64,000 nucleotides of DNA from an uncultured delta proteobacterium (GTDB taxonomy: Bacteria; Myxococcota; Myxococcia; Myxococcales; Myxococcaceae). Below the pieces are notes generated by a model, which searched no databases, was not told the DNA's origin, and saw only the letters and a program-made list of their open reading frames with translations. Below, piece by piece: positions 15,640 to 26,168 of this stretch. Each line of letters begins with the position of its first letter. Position 1 is the first letter of the stretch. The translations under genes and the position numbers were made by a program. The DNA lies in the NCBI GenBank assembly GCA_963771175.1, contig CAVYSY010000032.1, positions 544,001 to 608,000 on the forward strand, read 5' to 3'.

Positions 15640-16686
15640 TCAGGCCATGCGCTCGATGCGCTGGGAGTAGACGGGGGCCTCCGGCTCCTGGGTGAAGGCC
15701 CGGAGCTTCCGGTAGTCCTCGTACTCGGCCTGGAGGGTCAGCACGTCCCCCGCCTCGATACGTGTCTCGCCGGTGGGGTGCAGCATCTCGGAGCCGTCAT
15801 CCTTGTGGCGCATCGAGAGCGCCAGCCCTCCGAAGCGATCCCGCACGTCCGAGATGGTCATCCCCGGCAGCCCGTCGCGCGCCTCGAAGACGGACACCAC
15901 CATCAGGTGCGTGCCGATGCGGAACGAGTGGATGATGCGCGGGTCCAGCGCCGCCAGCGCCATGGCCGGCGCCGCCAGCGACGAGCTGCTCAGCGCCTCG
16001 GCCTTGAAGGTGTCGCGCACCTTCGCCACCAGGTCGTCGTCGAAGAGCCGGATGACCACGCGGATGTCCGGGTTCATCCGCCGCGCGTCCAGCGCGATGT
16101 TCAGGTTGGCCAGGTCGTCGTCCGTGGCGCAGACGATGGCCGCCGCCTTGTGCACGTTGGTGCGCGGCAGGCACTGCGGGCTGCGGATGTCGTCGATGAG
16201 CAGCGGCACCTGCTCGTCGCGCAGCACCGCGACGAACGTCGCATCCTCGCGCTTCTCGACCACCACCACGTCCTTGCCCAGCGCGCGCAGCTGCGACACC
16301 ACCCGGTACCCCACGCGCCCCGCCCCGCACACCACCACGTGCCCCTTGAACGTCTCGGCGATCACCTCGAACCACTCCTTGTCCTGCCGGTGCCTGGCGA
16401 AGAAGAGGTACGCGAAGCGCACCACGCCGTCGACCAGCACCGCGATTCCCACCGGCGGGATGATCATGTCCAACAGCATCAGCAGGCTGTCATCCACGTC
16501 CAGCGACGGCTGCCCGTAGAGCAGGAAGTAGACGTGACGCAGCGCCTTGCCCAGGCTCACCGGGTGCCCATCCGGCGTCACATGGCGCCAGCGGTACACC
16601 AGCGGCATGAAGCCGAAGAGCAGCACCGCCATGAGGACCGTCGTGCGGAAGCGGCGCAGCAGCGCAACGAGGTAGCGCGCGTTCAT
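15640..16686 (-). CDS. TrkA/KTN-domain potassium channel family protein
   Basis: TM helices, HVVVCGAGRVG, ATDDDLANL, C-terminal TrkA-C. Confidence 0.88.
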   Translation of the reverse strand: MNARYLVALLRRFRTTVLMAVLLFGFMPLVYRWRHVTPDGHPVSLGKALRHVYFLLYGQPSLDVDDSLLMLLDMIIPPVGIAVLVDGVVRFAYLFFARHRQDKEWFEVIAETFKGHVVVCGAGRVGYRVVSQLRALGKDVVVVEKREDATFVAVLRDEQVPLLIDDIRSPQCLPRTNVHKAAAIVCATDDDLANLNIALDARRMNPDIRVVIRLFDDDLVAKVRDTFKAEALSSSSLAAPAMALAALDPRIIHSFRIGTHLMVVSVFEARDGLPGMTISDVRDRFGGLALSMRHKDDGSEMLHPTGETRIEAGDVLTLQAEYEDYRKLRAFTQEPEAPVYSQRIERMA

Positions 16687-16766
16687 CGCCAGGCGGCGGC
16701 GGGGAGTCACCATCGCCACCCTCCGTACCATGCCCGCGCCACCTCGGCCACCGCGGGCTGGGAGGC

Positions 16767-17989
16767 TCAGGCGCCCGTCGTCGGGGTGATGCCCGTCTCG
16801 GCTTCCTGCTTCGCCCGCTTGCGCTCGATGAGCCACACCGCCAGCACGCCCAGCTCGTAGCAGAGCAGCATCGGACCGGCCATCAGCGACAGGTTCACCA
16901 CGTCGCCCGTGGGCGTGAGGATGGCCGCCGCGATGAGGCACACCACGAAGGCGTGCCGCTGGTACTTCATCAGGAAGCCCGCCCTCACCACGCCCACCAG
17001 GCCCAGCAGCGCCATCACCAGCGGCAGCTCGAAGATGATGCCGAAGGACGAGCACGAGCAGCAGCACCAGCGAGAGCTGCTCGTTCATCGTCAGCATCGG
17101 CCGCGTCCACGCTCGCGCCACGTGGCGCGCCTTGCCCAGCGCCGAGCTCCTTCTCCAGCCGCCACAGCCCCGCCGAGCTCCTCGGCGCGCGTGGGCGCCA
17201 CCCCGGCCAGCAGGCTCGCCGCCTCGTCCAGGGCCTTGCCCGACGCCGCGTAGTCCTCCTTCGCGTACGCCTCCACCGCCTCCGCCCGCTTCTCCACCGC
17301 CTGCCGCAGCACGCTGCGCGCCGGCGCGCCGAAGCCGTCCGCCGCCGCGTCCACCAGCCGACCCAGCCCGTCCAGCCGCGCATCCAGCTCCACGCGCTCC
17401 GAGGGTGCGCCGCGAGGCCTCCCGCGTCTGCCCCACGCCGTCCGCCTTCAGCGCCGCGCTCGCCTCCTGGGCCAGCGCCCCCGCGCGCTCCGCGTCGCCC
17501 AGCCGCAGGAAGCGCAGCGCGTCGTCCGCCGCGCAGCCGCCCCACGTCCAGCCGCTGCCGAGAGCGCCGTGCTCTCCTCCTCGTTGAGGAGGAACTTGAA
17601 CATCGAGCGGCAGCACCACGAAGTAGCAGAAGAGCGCCCCCAGCCATGAAGGCCAGCGAGCCCATCGCCACGAAGGGCGCCGCGTAGCGCGCGCTCCTCC
17701 GGGTAGAGCCCCGGCGAGACGAAGCCCCAGATCTGCCAGAGGATGACGGGCGTCGTCAGGAAGATGCCGCAGTAGACGCCCACCTTCATCAGGACGTTGA
17801 TCTCCTCGATGCCCGATGTGTAGACGAGCGCGCGCCCCTCGGGCGGCAGCGCATCCAGCACCGGCTTCATCAGGAGCCCGAAGATGGGCTTGGCGAAGAC
17901 CAGCGCCGCGGTGCCCAGGATGAGCACCGCGGCCGTGCACCTTGAAGCAGGCGGGAGCGGAGCTCCGTCAGGTGCTCCGACAGACTCAT
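16767..17989 (-). CDS. tatC: Twin-arginine translocase TatC with long internal insertion (several frameshifts)
   Basis: MSLSEHLTELRSRL, WQIWGFVSPGLYPEE, IIFELP, AAILTPTGD, LCYELG spread over frames. Confidence 0.85.
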
Positions 17990-18025
17990 CCGAAGTTCGT
18001 TATCCACGGGCGCGAATCTCGAGGG

Positions 18026-18487
18026 CTAGCCGCTCTTCGGGGTGTTGCGAGCCACCGTGCCCGGAATGGGCTCGAGGCGGGGAAGCGCGTCCTGCTCCGA
18101 GGCTCCGGCGGCGGACGGCTCGGAGGTGGGAGACGTGGGGGACGGAGTGTCGGCGGCGGCGAGCTCGGGGCCCGGCGTGGCGGTCGCGGCCAGGGCCTGG
18201 GCGTCCGGAGCAGCAACCGGCTCGGCGGCGGGCGGGGCCACGGGGACCGGCGAGGGCATCGCGGCCGGGATGGGCGGGGAAGCTTCGGGCGCGGCTCGTC
18301 GAGGAACTCCTGGTCCATCTTGTAGAACTCGCGCTCCACCACGGTGCGCACCTCATCGGTCTGCCGGCGGAACTCGCGCACGAACTTACCGATGGCGCGC
18401 GCGAACTCCGGGCAGCCGCTGCGGCCCGAGGATGAGCAGCGCCGCTACCAGGATGAAAACCAGTTCGCCTGCACCGATGTTGAACAT
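18026..18487 (-). CDS. tatB: Twin-arginine translocase TatB (frameshifts)
   Basis: MFNIGAGELVFILVAALLILGPQRLP, amphipathic helix, Pro/Ala-rich tail; directly upstream of tatC. Confidence 0.85.
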
Positions 18488-18611
18488 GAGCGGGTGCTCC
18501 CAGAAAACCGCCCCGGGGTTATCGCGCCCTGGAACGCGGGGTGCAACCCGATTGGTCCGGCCCCTGTCCGTCTGCCCTACAATCAAGAGCGGGGCGTCGC
18601 GCCCCCGGTGC

Positions 18612-19857
18612 TCACGGCCGCGACGGCGCTCGCCCCCGCGGGACTCCGGCCGCCTGGTCGCGCTCGCGGATCCGACGCTCCACCAGGAAGAACATGACCG
18701 GCAGTGTGAGCGAGAGGGCGATCGACACCAGCACCACCTGGGTCATCCCGCCCAACTGCCCGTCCGGCAGGTCCGTCAGCATCTGCGAGGAGAGGAAGGC
18801 CCCGCTCGCGGCGCCCAGGTGCTGCACGGCCGACTGGAAGGACATGAAGCGCGCGCGGATGGCCTGCTCCGGCACCTTCGAGGCGAGCGTGCTGTAGGCC
18901 ACGTTGCGCACCCCGTTGGACAGGAAGAAGAGCGCGAAGCCGGCCACCAGGGGCACGCTGGCCGACGGCTGGATGAAGAGCACGTAGAGCGTGGCGATGA
19001 ACAGCACCACGCCCACCGTCCCCACCCGGAACGAGCCCAGGCGATCCACCGCCTTGCCGGCCATCCGCAGCGTCACGAAGCTCACCAGACCGCCGACGAA
19101 GTAGATGGCCTCGAGCTGCTCGCGCGGAGTGCCCAGGTTGTGCTGCACGTAGCCGGAGATGTTGGGGATGATGACGAAGCCCGCCACGTTGAGCAGCGCC
19201 GTCATCGGGTAGGACAGCAGCACGTCCGAGCGCCCGAGCAGCTCCCGCACGAGTCACGGCTTGGGCCCGCTGGCGCTCCAGGTGCCCGCGCATCGGCGGC
19301 AGGAAGAAGATGGCACCGGCCGACCAGCAGCAGGCCCAGGCCCGCCACGAGGAAGAAGGGCAGTGCGCCAGTCACCCCACTCGGGCCACCTTCAGCGCCA
19401 GGGGCACGCCCAGCACGGAGGCCACCGAGAAGGCCCCCATCACCGCTCCCATGGCCCGCCCGCGCCGCTCCGGAGGAATCAGGTCCGCGATGATGGAGAG
19501 CGACAGCGACGTGGCCGGGCCGCCGAAGAGGCCCGCCACCGCCCGCGCCAGCAGCAGCGTCGTCAGCCCCGTGGCCAGACCGCCCGCCGCCGTGCTCACC
19601 ACCAGCCCCAGCATCGCCACCGCCAGCGCCTTGCGCCGGTCGAACCGGTCCAGGAAGTAGCTGCCCGCCACCCCGCCACGCACGCCGCCGCCGTGTAGGC
19701 CGCCGCCGATGGTGCCGATGTGCGAGGTGGCGATGCCCAGCCCCGCGGCGAAGTCGGGCCCCAGCGGCATCACCATCACGAAGTCGAGGATGTTGACGAA
19801 CTGGACCGCGCCGATCAGGAAGACGACGGCACGCTCGGAAATGGCGCGGGAGGACAT
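18612..19857 (-). CDS. MFS transporter (frameshifts)
   Basis: [46 protein letters not shown]. Confidence 0.88.
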
Positions 19858-19865
19858 GAGCCTCC

Positions 19866-21924
19866 TCATACCTTGAAACGCCGGCTCTCGGCGCGAAGCA
19901 CTTCGGACTGCCGCTGCAGGCTGTCGATGGCCTCTTCCAGCGCCTTCACCGAGCGCGTCTGGTGGTCCGACACGCCCTTGATGGCCTCCACCGCCTTGAG
20001 CACCTGCTCGCTGCCCTTGGTCTGCTCCTTCTGGGCACGGTTGAGGTGGGTGACCATCTCGTTGATGTTCTCGATGGAGCGGGTGATCTGCTTGCTGCCG
20101 TGCGCCTGCTCCTGGCTGCTGCGCTGCACGTGCGCGGTGATGGCCTTCATCCGCTCGGCGCTCTTCATGATCTGCTCGCCGCCCTTGGCCTGCTCGTTGG
20201 AGGCCTTGGAGATCATGCTGCACCGTCTCGGAGATGCGGTGGATGGCCTGCGTCACCTGCTTGCTGCCGCGCGCCTGCTCCACGGTGGCCCGGGCAATCG
20301 CCTTCACCATCTGCGTGGACTTCTGCGCGCTGTCGTTGATTTTGCGCAGGGTGCCCTCCGCCTCGCGGCCGAGCTGCACGCCCTCCTCCGCGTTGCGCAC
20401 GCCCTGGTTCATCACCTGCACCGCGTTGCGGCTCTCGTCCTGCACGCGGCTGATGAGGTCGGCGATCTCCTTGGTGGACGCGCCGGTGCGCTCGGCCAGG
20501 TCCTTGATTTCATCGGCGACGACCGCGAAGCCCTTGCCGTGCTCGCCCGACTGCGCGGCGATGATGGCGGCGTTGAGCGCCAGCAGGTTCGTCTGCTCGG
20601 CCACGTCGTCGATGACGTTGAGGATGTTGCCGATCTCCGAGATGCGCCGGCCCAGGCTGTCGATGACGCCCGAGGCCGTCTGGCTGGAGCCCTTGATGCG
20701 CTCGAGGCCGAGCATCGTCTTGCGCAGGGCCTCCACGCCCGTCTGGGCGTCCTCGGACACCTGCTCGGACAGGCGCGCCGTCTCGTTGGCGTTGGCCTCC
20801 ACCTGCCCGATGGAGCTGTCCATCTGGCTGATGGAGGAGCTCGTCTCCTCGGTGGAGTCGCGCAGCTCGTCGATGTTCTTGGCGACCTCCTTGATGGAGA
20901 AGGTCATCTCCTCGATGGCGCTGGTGGTCTCCTCCACGCTGGCGGCCATGGCCTGGACGTTCTCCGCCACCTCGTCGTTGGTGGCCGCCATCTCCATGAT
21001 GGAGGAGCTGCTCTCCTCGGCGCTCTGGTAGAGCACCTCGACGTTCTCCGCGATACCGCGCAAGCTGGCCAGCATCTCCTCCATGGAGGAGGACGTCTCC
21101 TCCACGCGCCCCTGGATGGTGGAGGCACCCGAGGACACGGTGGTGCCGGCGCGAGAGAGCTGCTCGATGACGTTGGAGACCACCTCGGACACGCCGCGCA
21201 CCTGGCCGAGCGTCTTGCGCAGCGACTGGCCGATGCCGTCGAGCGCCTGGGCGAGCTGACCCATCTCGCCCCCGTCTTCCATCGCCACCCGGCCCGTCAG
21301 GTCTCCCTCGGCCATCTTGCGCGCCACCGCCATCATCCGATCCAACGGCCGGAGGATGAGCACGTGCGTGACGACGAAGATGAGCCCCATCACCAACACC
21401 AGGCCGATGATGAGGGCCGCCACCAGCAGGATGGTGAGCTTGCGCAGCATGTCCCGCAGGGGCGAGGAGTCCACCACCACCACGACCCGGCGCGGCGTCA
21501 GCTCGCCCGGTGACGTCTGCACCGCCTGCGTCACGAGCACGTCCCCATTGGGGATCTCCAGCGACGTGGGCGCCCCCGGTTGGGACACGCGCGAGAGCAG
21601 CGACTCGAGCCGCTCGGGCCGCTCGCCACCATCGAGGAGGACCTCTCCGGTGCCAGAGACGAAGGCGGCATAGGTGAAGTCCTTGTCCGATTCCGCCAGT
21701 CCACCCACGGCCCGCATGGCCTGCGTGTCCGATTCAGGATGGGCGAGGATGCTCGCGAGCTCCTGGGCCTTGGCGTGGCCATGGTCCAGGAACCGGGTCT
21801 CGAGGAAGTCCGAGACCATCCAGGAGATGGACAGGTGGAGGGCCCCGAGGACGAACGCCAGGGCCAGGGTGAAGGTGACAAAGAGGGCGACCCGGAGACC
21901 GGGTTTCTTCAGGCGTCGGAACAA
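19866..21924 (-). CDS. Methyl-accepting chemotaxis protein (frameshift near 20218; start uncertain)
   Basis: Two TMs, [40 protein letters not shown]. Confidence 0.92.
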
Positions 21925-22074
21925 GGCCTCGGGACTGTAAGAAGGTTGAGCCTCGAAGGGCAAGAAACCGACAGTCCGGACCGGGACGCCCGCCCCTGAC
22001 TCCCGGCACATGGAGCGAGGAGGCAGGCACACGCGCCGTGTTCGCGCCATACTGCTTGGGTGGGAGCCCGCGCC

Positions 22075-23106
22075 ATGACCCAGACGCTGCTGCTGACCGA
22101 CCCTCTCTTCCTCCGGCACGATCCGGGCGCGGAGCACCCCGAGCGGCCAGCGCGGCTGGCGCGCATCCTCCACCTGCTCGACACGGAGCCCATCCATGGG
22201 ACCGAGCGGCGGACCCCTCGCCCGGCCACCGAGGAGGAGCTCGCCGCCGTCCACACGCCCCGGCTGCGCGCGTACCTCAAGGGGCTGCGCGGCCGACACG
22301 AGGTCATCGACCCGGACACGGTGACGTCGCCGGACAGCTACGACGCGGCGGTGCTGGCGGCGGGGGCCTCGGTGCAGGCGGTGGAGGAGGTGCTGGCGGG
22401 CCGGGCGCACAACGCCTTCGTGCTGGCGCGGCCGCCGGGGCACCATGCCGAGCCGGACCAGGCCATGGGCTTCTGCCTCTTCAACAACGTGGCCATCGCC
22501 GCGGAGGCCGCGCGCCGCCTGGGTGCCGAGCGGGTGCTCATCCTCGACTGGGACGTGCACCACGGCAACGGCACGCAGGCGGCCTTCTGGACGCGGCGGG
22601 ACGTGCTCTACATGTCCGCGCACCAGTACCCGTACTACCCGGATACGGGCGCGCCCTTCGAGGTGGGCGAGGGCCCGGGCGCCGGCTACACCGTCAACTG
22701 CGGACTGCCGGGGGGCGGGACGGACGCGGACTACGGGGCGCTCTTCCAGGACCTCTTCCTCCCGGTGGCCGAGGCCTTCCGGCCGGACCTCGTGCTGGTG
22801 TCCGCGGGCTTCGACGCGCACCACAGGGACCCCCTCGGCGACATGCAGCTCACCGAGCGCGGCTTCGCGGCCATGTGCACGGCCATGAAGGAGCTGGCGG
22901 GGAGCGCGTGCGGCGGGCGGCTGGTGCTGGTGCTGGAGGGTGGCTACTCGCTGGAGGGCCTCTCGCGCTCGGTACACACCTGCGTGGAGGTGCTCGCGGG
23001 AGAGACGAAGGACAGCTTCCCGGAGGGGGTCTCACGGGAGGCGGCGGCGGCGCTCCAGCGCAGCCGTGAGGCACTCAAGCGCTACTGGCCCGTGCCAGGC
23101 AGGTAG
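22075..23106 (+). CDS. Histone deacetylase family protein
   Basis: [45 protein letters not shown]. Confidence 0.95.
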   Translation: MTQTLLLTDPLFLRHDPGAEHPERPARLARILHLLDTEPIHGTERRTPRPATEEELAAVHTPRLRAYLKGLRGRHEVIDPDTVTSPDSYDAAVLAAGASVQAVEEVLAGRAHNAFVLARPPGHHAEPDQAMGFCLFNNVAIAAEAARRLGAERVLILDWDVHHGNGTQAAFWTRRDVLYMSAHQYPYYPDTGAPFEVGEGPGAGYTVNCGLPGGGTDADYGALFQDLFLPVAEAFRPDLVLVSAGFDAHHRDPLGDMQLTERGFAAMCTAMKELAGSACGGRLVLVLEGGYSLEGLSRSVHTCVEVLAGETKDSFPEGVSREAAAALQRSREALKRYWPVPGR

Positions 23107-23157
23107 GCGAGGCCGAGGTGGAGACCCATATGACGACCGATGGTGTTGGGGTGAGAC

Positions 23158-23700
23158 GTGGATCGTGAAGCCGTGGAGAAGTTGCAGCGCGCGGGACTGA
23201 AGGTGGAGCAGCCCGAGATGCTCCGGGTGGCCATCCAGCGCGACGAGAACAAGAAGGTGATGACGCTGCGTGGGGAAGTGCCGGTGATGGGCAACGAGGG
23301 GCTGGTGCTGGTGACGCTCCAGCCCATCTCGAAGCTGTGGACGGGCTCGGCGGTGCCGCCGGACCTGTCGCGGACGCCGCCACCGCAGTACCAGCCCTTC
23401 CTGCTGCTGCTGGAGTCGACGGCCGCCAACTACTGCGCGGCCATCGGCAAGCCCGAGACGGATGACGAGTTCGAGCGGCTCTACCGCCAGCTCCGCCGCC
23501 GGCCGGACGGGGATGACCCGCACCCGCTCTTCTCGTACCTGCAGGGCGCGGTGCGCCTGTACCTGTCGCTGCGCGACGTGAGCCAGGCCGAGTTCGAGGC
23601 GGTGGTGAACCGGCTGAGCCAGTCGGCGAAGTGGCACTCCTCGCACGTGGGCAGCACCAACTACTACCGCGAAGTGCTCAGCGGGCTGTTCGGAGCCTGA
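23158..23700 (+). CDS. Hypothetical protein
   Basis: 180-aa ORF with strong codon bias between HDAC and GST genes. Confidence 0.75.
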   Translation: MDREAVEKLQRAGLKVEQPEMLRVAIQRDENKKVMTLRGEVPVMGNEGLVLVTLQPISKLWTGSAVPPDLSRTPPPQYQPFLLLLESTAANYCAAIGKPETDDEFERLYRQLRRRPDGDDPHPLFSYLQGAVRLYLSLRDVSQAEFEAVVNRLSQSAKWHSSHVGSTNYYREVLSGLFGA

Positions 23701-23730
23701 GCGCGCGAAGGAATTGAAAGGAGCTTGCCG

Positions 23731-24408
23731 ATGATCGACCTGTACACCTGGACGACGCCCAACGGGCACAAGGTGTCCGTCACGCTGGAGGAGCTGGGCC
23801 TGCCCTACTCGGTGCACCCGGTGGACATCGGCAAGGGCGAGCAGAAGCGACCCGAGTTCCTGAAAATCAATCCCAACGGGCGCATCCCGGCCATCGTGGA
23901 CCGCGAAGAGGGAGACTTCGCGGTGTTCGAGTCGGGGGCCATCATGCTCTACCTCGCGGAGAAGGCGGGGAAGCTGCTGCCGAGCGACCGCAAGGGTCGC
24001 TCGCGGGTGACGCAGTGGCTGATGTTCCAGATGGCGGGGGTGGGCCCCATGCAGGGGCAGGCCAACGTCTTCTTCCGCTACTTCCCGGAGAAGATTCCGG
24101 CGGCGATCGCTCGCTACCAGAACGAGACGCGGCGGCTCTACACGGTGCTCGACACGCGGCTGGGGGAGAGCGAGTACCTCGCGGGCGAGTACAGCATCGC
24201 CGACATCGCGAACTGGGCGTGGGTGCGCGTCCACGCGTGGGCGGGCGTGTCCATCGATGGGCTGGCGAACCTGCAACGCTGGCTGGCGGCCATCGAGCAG
24301 CGGCCCGCGGCGCAGAAGGGGCTGGCCGTGCCGCACGTGCAGAAGCTCGACACGGACGCGGACCGCGAGCAGGCCGTCAAGATGGCGCAGACCCTCGTGC
24401 AGCGGTAG
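23731..24408 (+). CDS. Glutathione S-transferase (YfcG/YghU-like)
   Basis: [29 protein letters not shown]. Confidence 0.93.
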   Translation: MIDLYTWTTPNGHKVSVTLEELGLPYSVHPVDIGKGEQKRPEFLKINPNGRIPAIVDREEGDFAVFESGAIMLYLAEKAGKLLPSDRKGRSRVTQWLMFQMAGVGPMQGQANVFFRYFPEKIPAAIARYQNETRRLYTVLDTRLGESEYLAGEYSIADIANWAWVRVHAWAGVSIDGLANLQRWLAAIEQRPAAQKGLAVPHVQKLDTDADREQAVKMAQTLVQR

Positions 24409-24521
24409 GCGCGGGCCGGGGCCACACGCCCGGGAGCAGCGTCGCGGGCATGATGCTCGCCACGAAGGTGGCCGTCCCCCCCTGGGGTCCCGAGCCATCC
24501 GAAGTAAGTCCGTGCGAGCGG

Positions 24522-24960
24522 AGGCCGCCGGACATGCGCTCGCGCAACTGGTCCGATGGCAGGGTTGGTCGGAATAGCGGATTGAGGCGGGTCGACGGGA
24601 GGGCATGGCGATGTCCTCCGCCTGTGCTCGGACCAGTTCGTGACGAGCGCGCCGGGAGGTCGGCGAGTCTCGAGGGACAGGGGACCCTCCGGACTCGATG
24701 TTGAGCAACTTGTCCACTTAAGAGCAGTCGATAAATCGGCTGGAGCCAGCCTGCCGCGCCAATGAATCCAAGCACTTAGCAGCTCCGCCGGGTAATTTAT
24801 CGATAGCTCTTTAGTGGACAAGTTCGCGAACTTCGCGCCCGGATGGCCGGGGGTTCTCGGAGGACAGGACACCCCTCCGGGCTCGGTTCCGAAAAACCTG
24901 TCCGACAGTCGGACAGGTTTTTGAAGAGCGCGGCCGGGAGGCCGACGTCTCTCGCGGGTC
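24522..24960. repeat. Array of three palindromic elements (AACYKGTCC...GGACMRGTT) joined by conserved ~70-bp linkers
   Basis: Hairpins 24546-24638, 24707-24824 (27/30-bp IR) and 24892-24922 (perfect 15-bp arms); the segments after each hairpin align as degenerate direct repeats. Confidence 0.8.
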
Positions 24961-25390
24961 GTGGCCGGCCTGCGCGCGGTGCTGAGACGCTGGCGCTGTT
25001 CGTCGCCCCTGAAGGGACTCACGTCTGATGGCCTGATTCCGGTTTCCGCCGGAGTTCACCCTCACGTAGCCCGTCATCTCCACGTTCAAGCAGCACTGCC
25101 CCAGGTTCCACGCCACCACGCCCCACCTCCGTCCCCCCCAAGGGTCGCTCCCCCGGCGGAGACCCGCTCACCCGAAGACACCGCACGGGCCTCCCGACGA
25201 GCGAGCGCGCAGCCCGCGTCACCCGACCAGGCCCGTAAGCTCACCTCGCATCCAGCGCCCGACCCCCTGCCCCCTGGCGGAATCGCACTGTCCCAGGCAC
25301 GACGCGCGCGCCGCCTGCCGCACCGCGCCAATTCTCCTCCCCTCCCCCGCCCTTCCGTGGCAGGAAGGCCCCGACATCCGGAGGAGACAC

Positions 25391-26152
25391 ATGGCGGAGA
25401 TGAGCTATCGGACGGCGCTGGTGACGGGGGCCTCGAGCGGCCTGGGACGCGGGCTGGCGCTCTGGTTCGGCCGGCGGGGCGTCAAGGTGTACGCCGCGGC
25501 CCGGCGCCGCGAGAACCTGGAGGCGCTCGCCAACGAGGCCCGCGCGGCCGGAGCCACCGTGGAGCCCGTGGAGCTGGACGTCTCCGACGCGGACGCCACC
25601 CTCGCGCGCATCCGCGAGCTGGATGCCGCCAGCGGCGGGTTGGACCTCATCGTCGCCAACGCCGGCTTCGGCCAGGAGACGTCCGGCAAGCGCGTCAAAT
25701 GGGAGACGGTGAAGCAGACCATCGACGTCAACGTCACCGGCGCCGCCGCGACCCTCTGCGCCGTGCTGCCGCAGATGGTGGAGCGCAAGCGCGGTCACGT
25801 CGTGGGAGTGGCCAGCCTCGCCGCCTTCCGGGGCCTGCCGCGCAACGCCGCCTACTCCGCCTCCAAGGCCTTCCTCCACACCTTCATGGAGAGCCTGCGG
25901 GTGGACCTCAAGGGCACCGGCGTCAACGTCACCTGCCTCTATCCCGGCTTCGTGAAGAGCGAGATGACGGCGCAGAACAAGTTCAACATGCCCTTCCTCC
26001 TGGAGACGGAGGAGGCCGTGGAGCTGATGGGCAAGGCCATCCTGCGCGGGGAGGCCCAATACGCCTTCCCCTGGCAGATGGCCGGCATCATGGGCCTGGT
26101 GAAGAGCCTGCCCAACGCCCTCTTCGACGCCGCCATGCGCAAGGCGCGCTGA
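25391..26152 (+). CDS. SDR family oxidoreductase
   Basis: TGASSGLG, ANAG, YSASK. Confidence 0.93.
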   Translation: MAEMSYRTALVTGASSGLGRGLALWFGRRGVKVYAAARRRENLEALANEARAAGATVEPVELDVSDADATLARIRELDAASGGLDLIVANAGFGQETSGKRVKWETVKQTIDVNVTGAAATLCAVLPQMVERKRGHVVGVASLAAFRGLPRNAAYSASKAFLHTFMESLRVDLKGTGVNVTCLYPGFVKSEMTAQNKFNMPFLLETEEAVELMGKAILRGEAQYAFPWQMAGIMGLVKSLPNALFDAAMRKAR

Positions 26153-26168
26153 CGGCCACGGCGCGCCG

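Noticed and set aside
16767..19857. Pseudogene calls or programmed frameshifting for tatC, tatB, MFS and others
   Set aside because: Motifs and codon bias are intact, no shared slippery sites were seen, and near-essential genes are affected; sequencing error is more parsimonious.
19372..22977. 1201-aa MCP-MFS fusion and 766-aa TatC-TrkA fusion in the ORF track
   Set aside because: Artefacts of frameshifts and stop-poor frames; each component has its own start and stop.
24707..24824. oriC DnaA boxes (TTGTCCACT)
   Set aside because: Only two imperfect copies, explained by the inverted repeat; no dnaA-type context.
24546..24922. Integron attC sites (AAC...GTT hairpin ends)
   Set aside because: Flanks do not fit RYYYAAC/GTTRRRY, there are no cassette ORFs between them, and no integrase is present.
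24522..24960. CRISPR array
   Set aside because: Repeats are ~70-90 bp and degenerate, the variable parts are self-complementary with elements 25-118 nt long, and no cas genes are present.
24811..25331. Short ORFs in the GST-SDR intergenic region
   Set aside because: No recognisable motifs or consistent codon bias; an ncRNA or decayed gene cannot be excluded.
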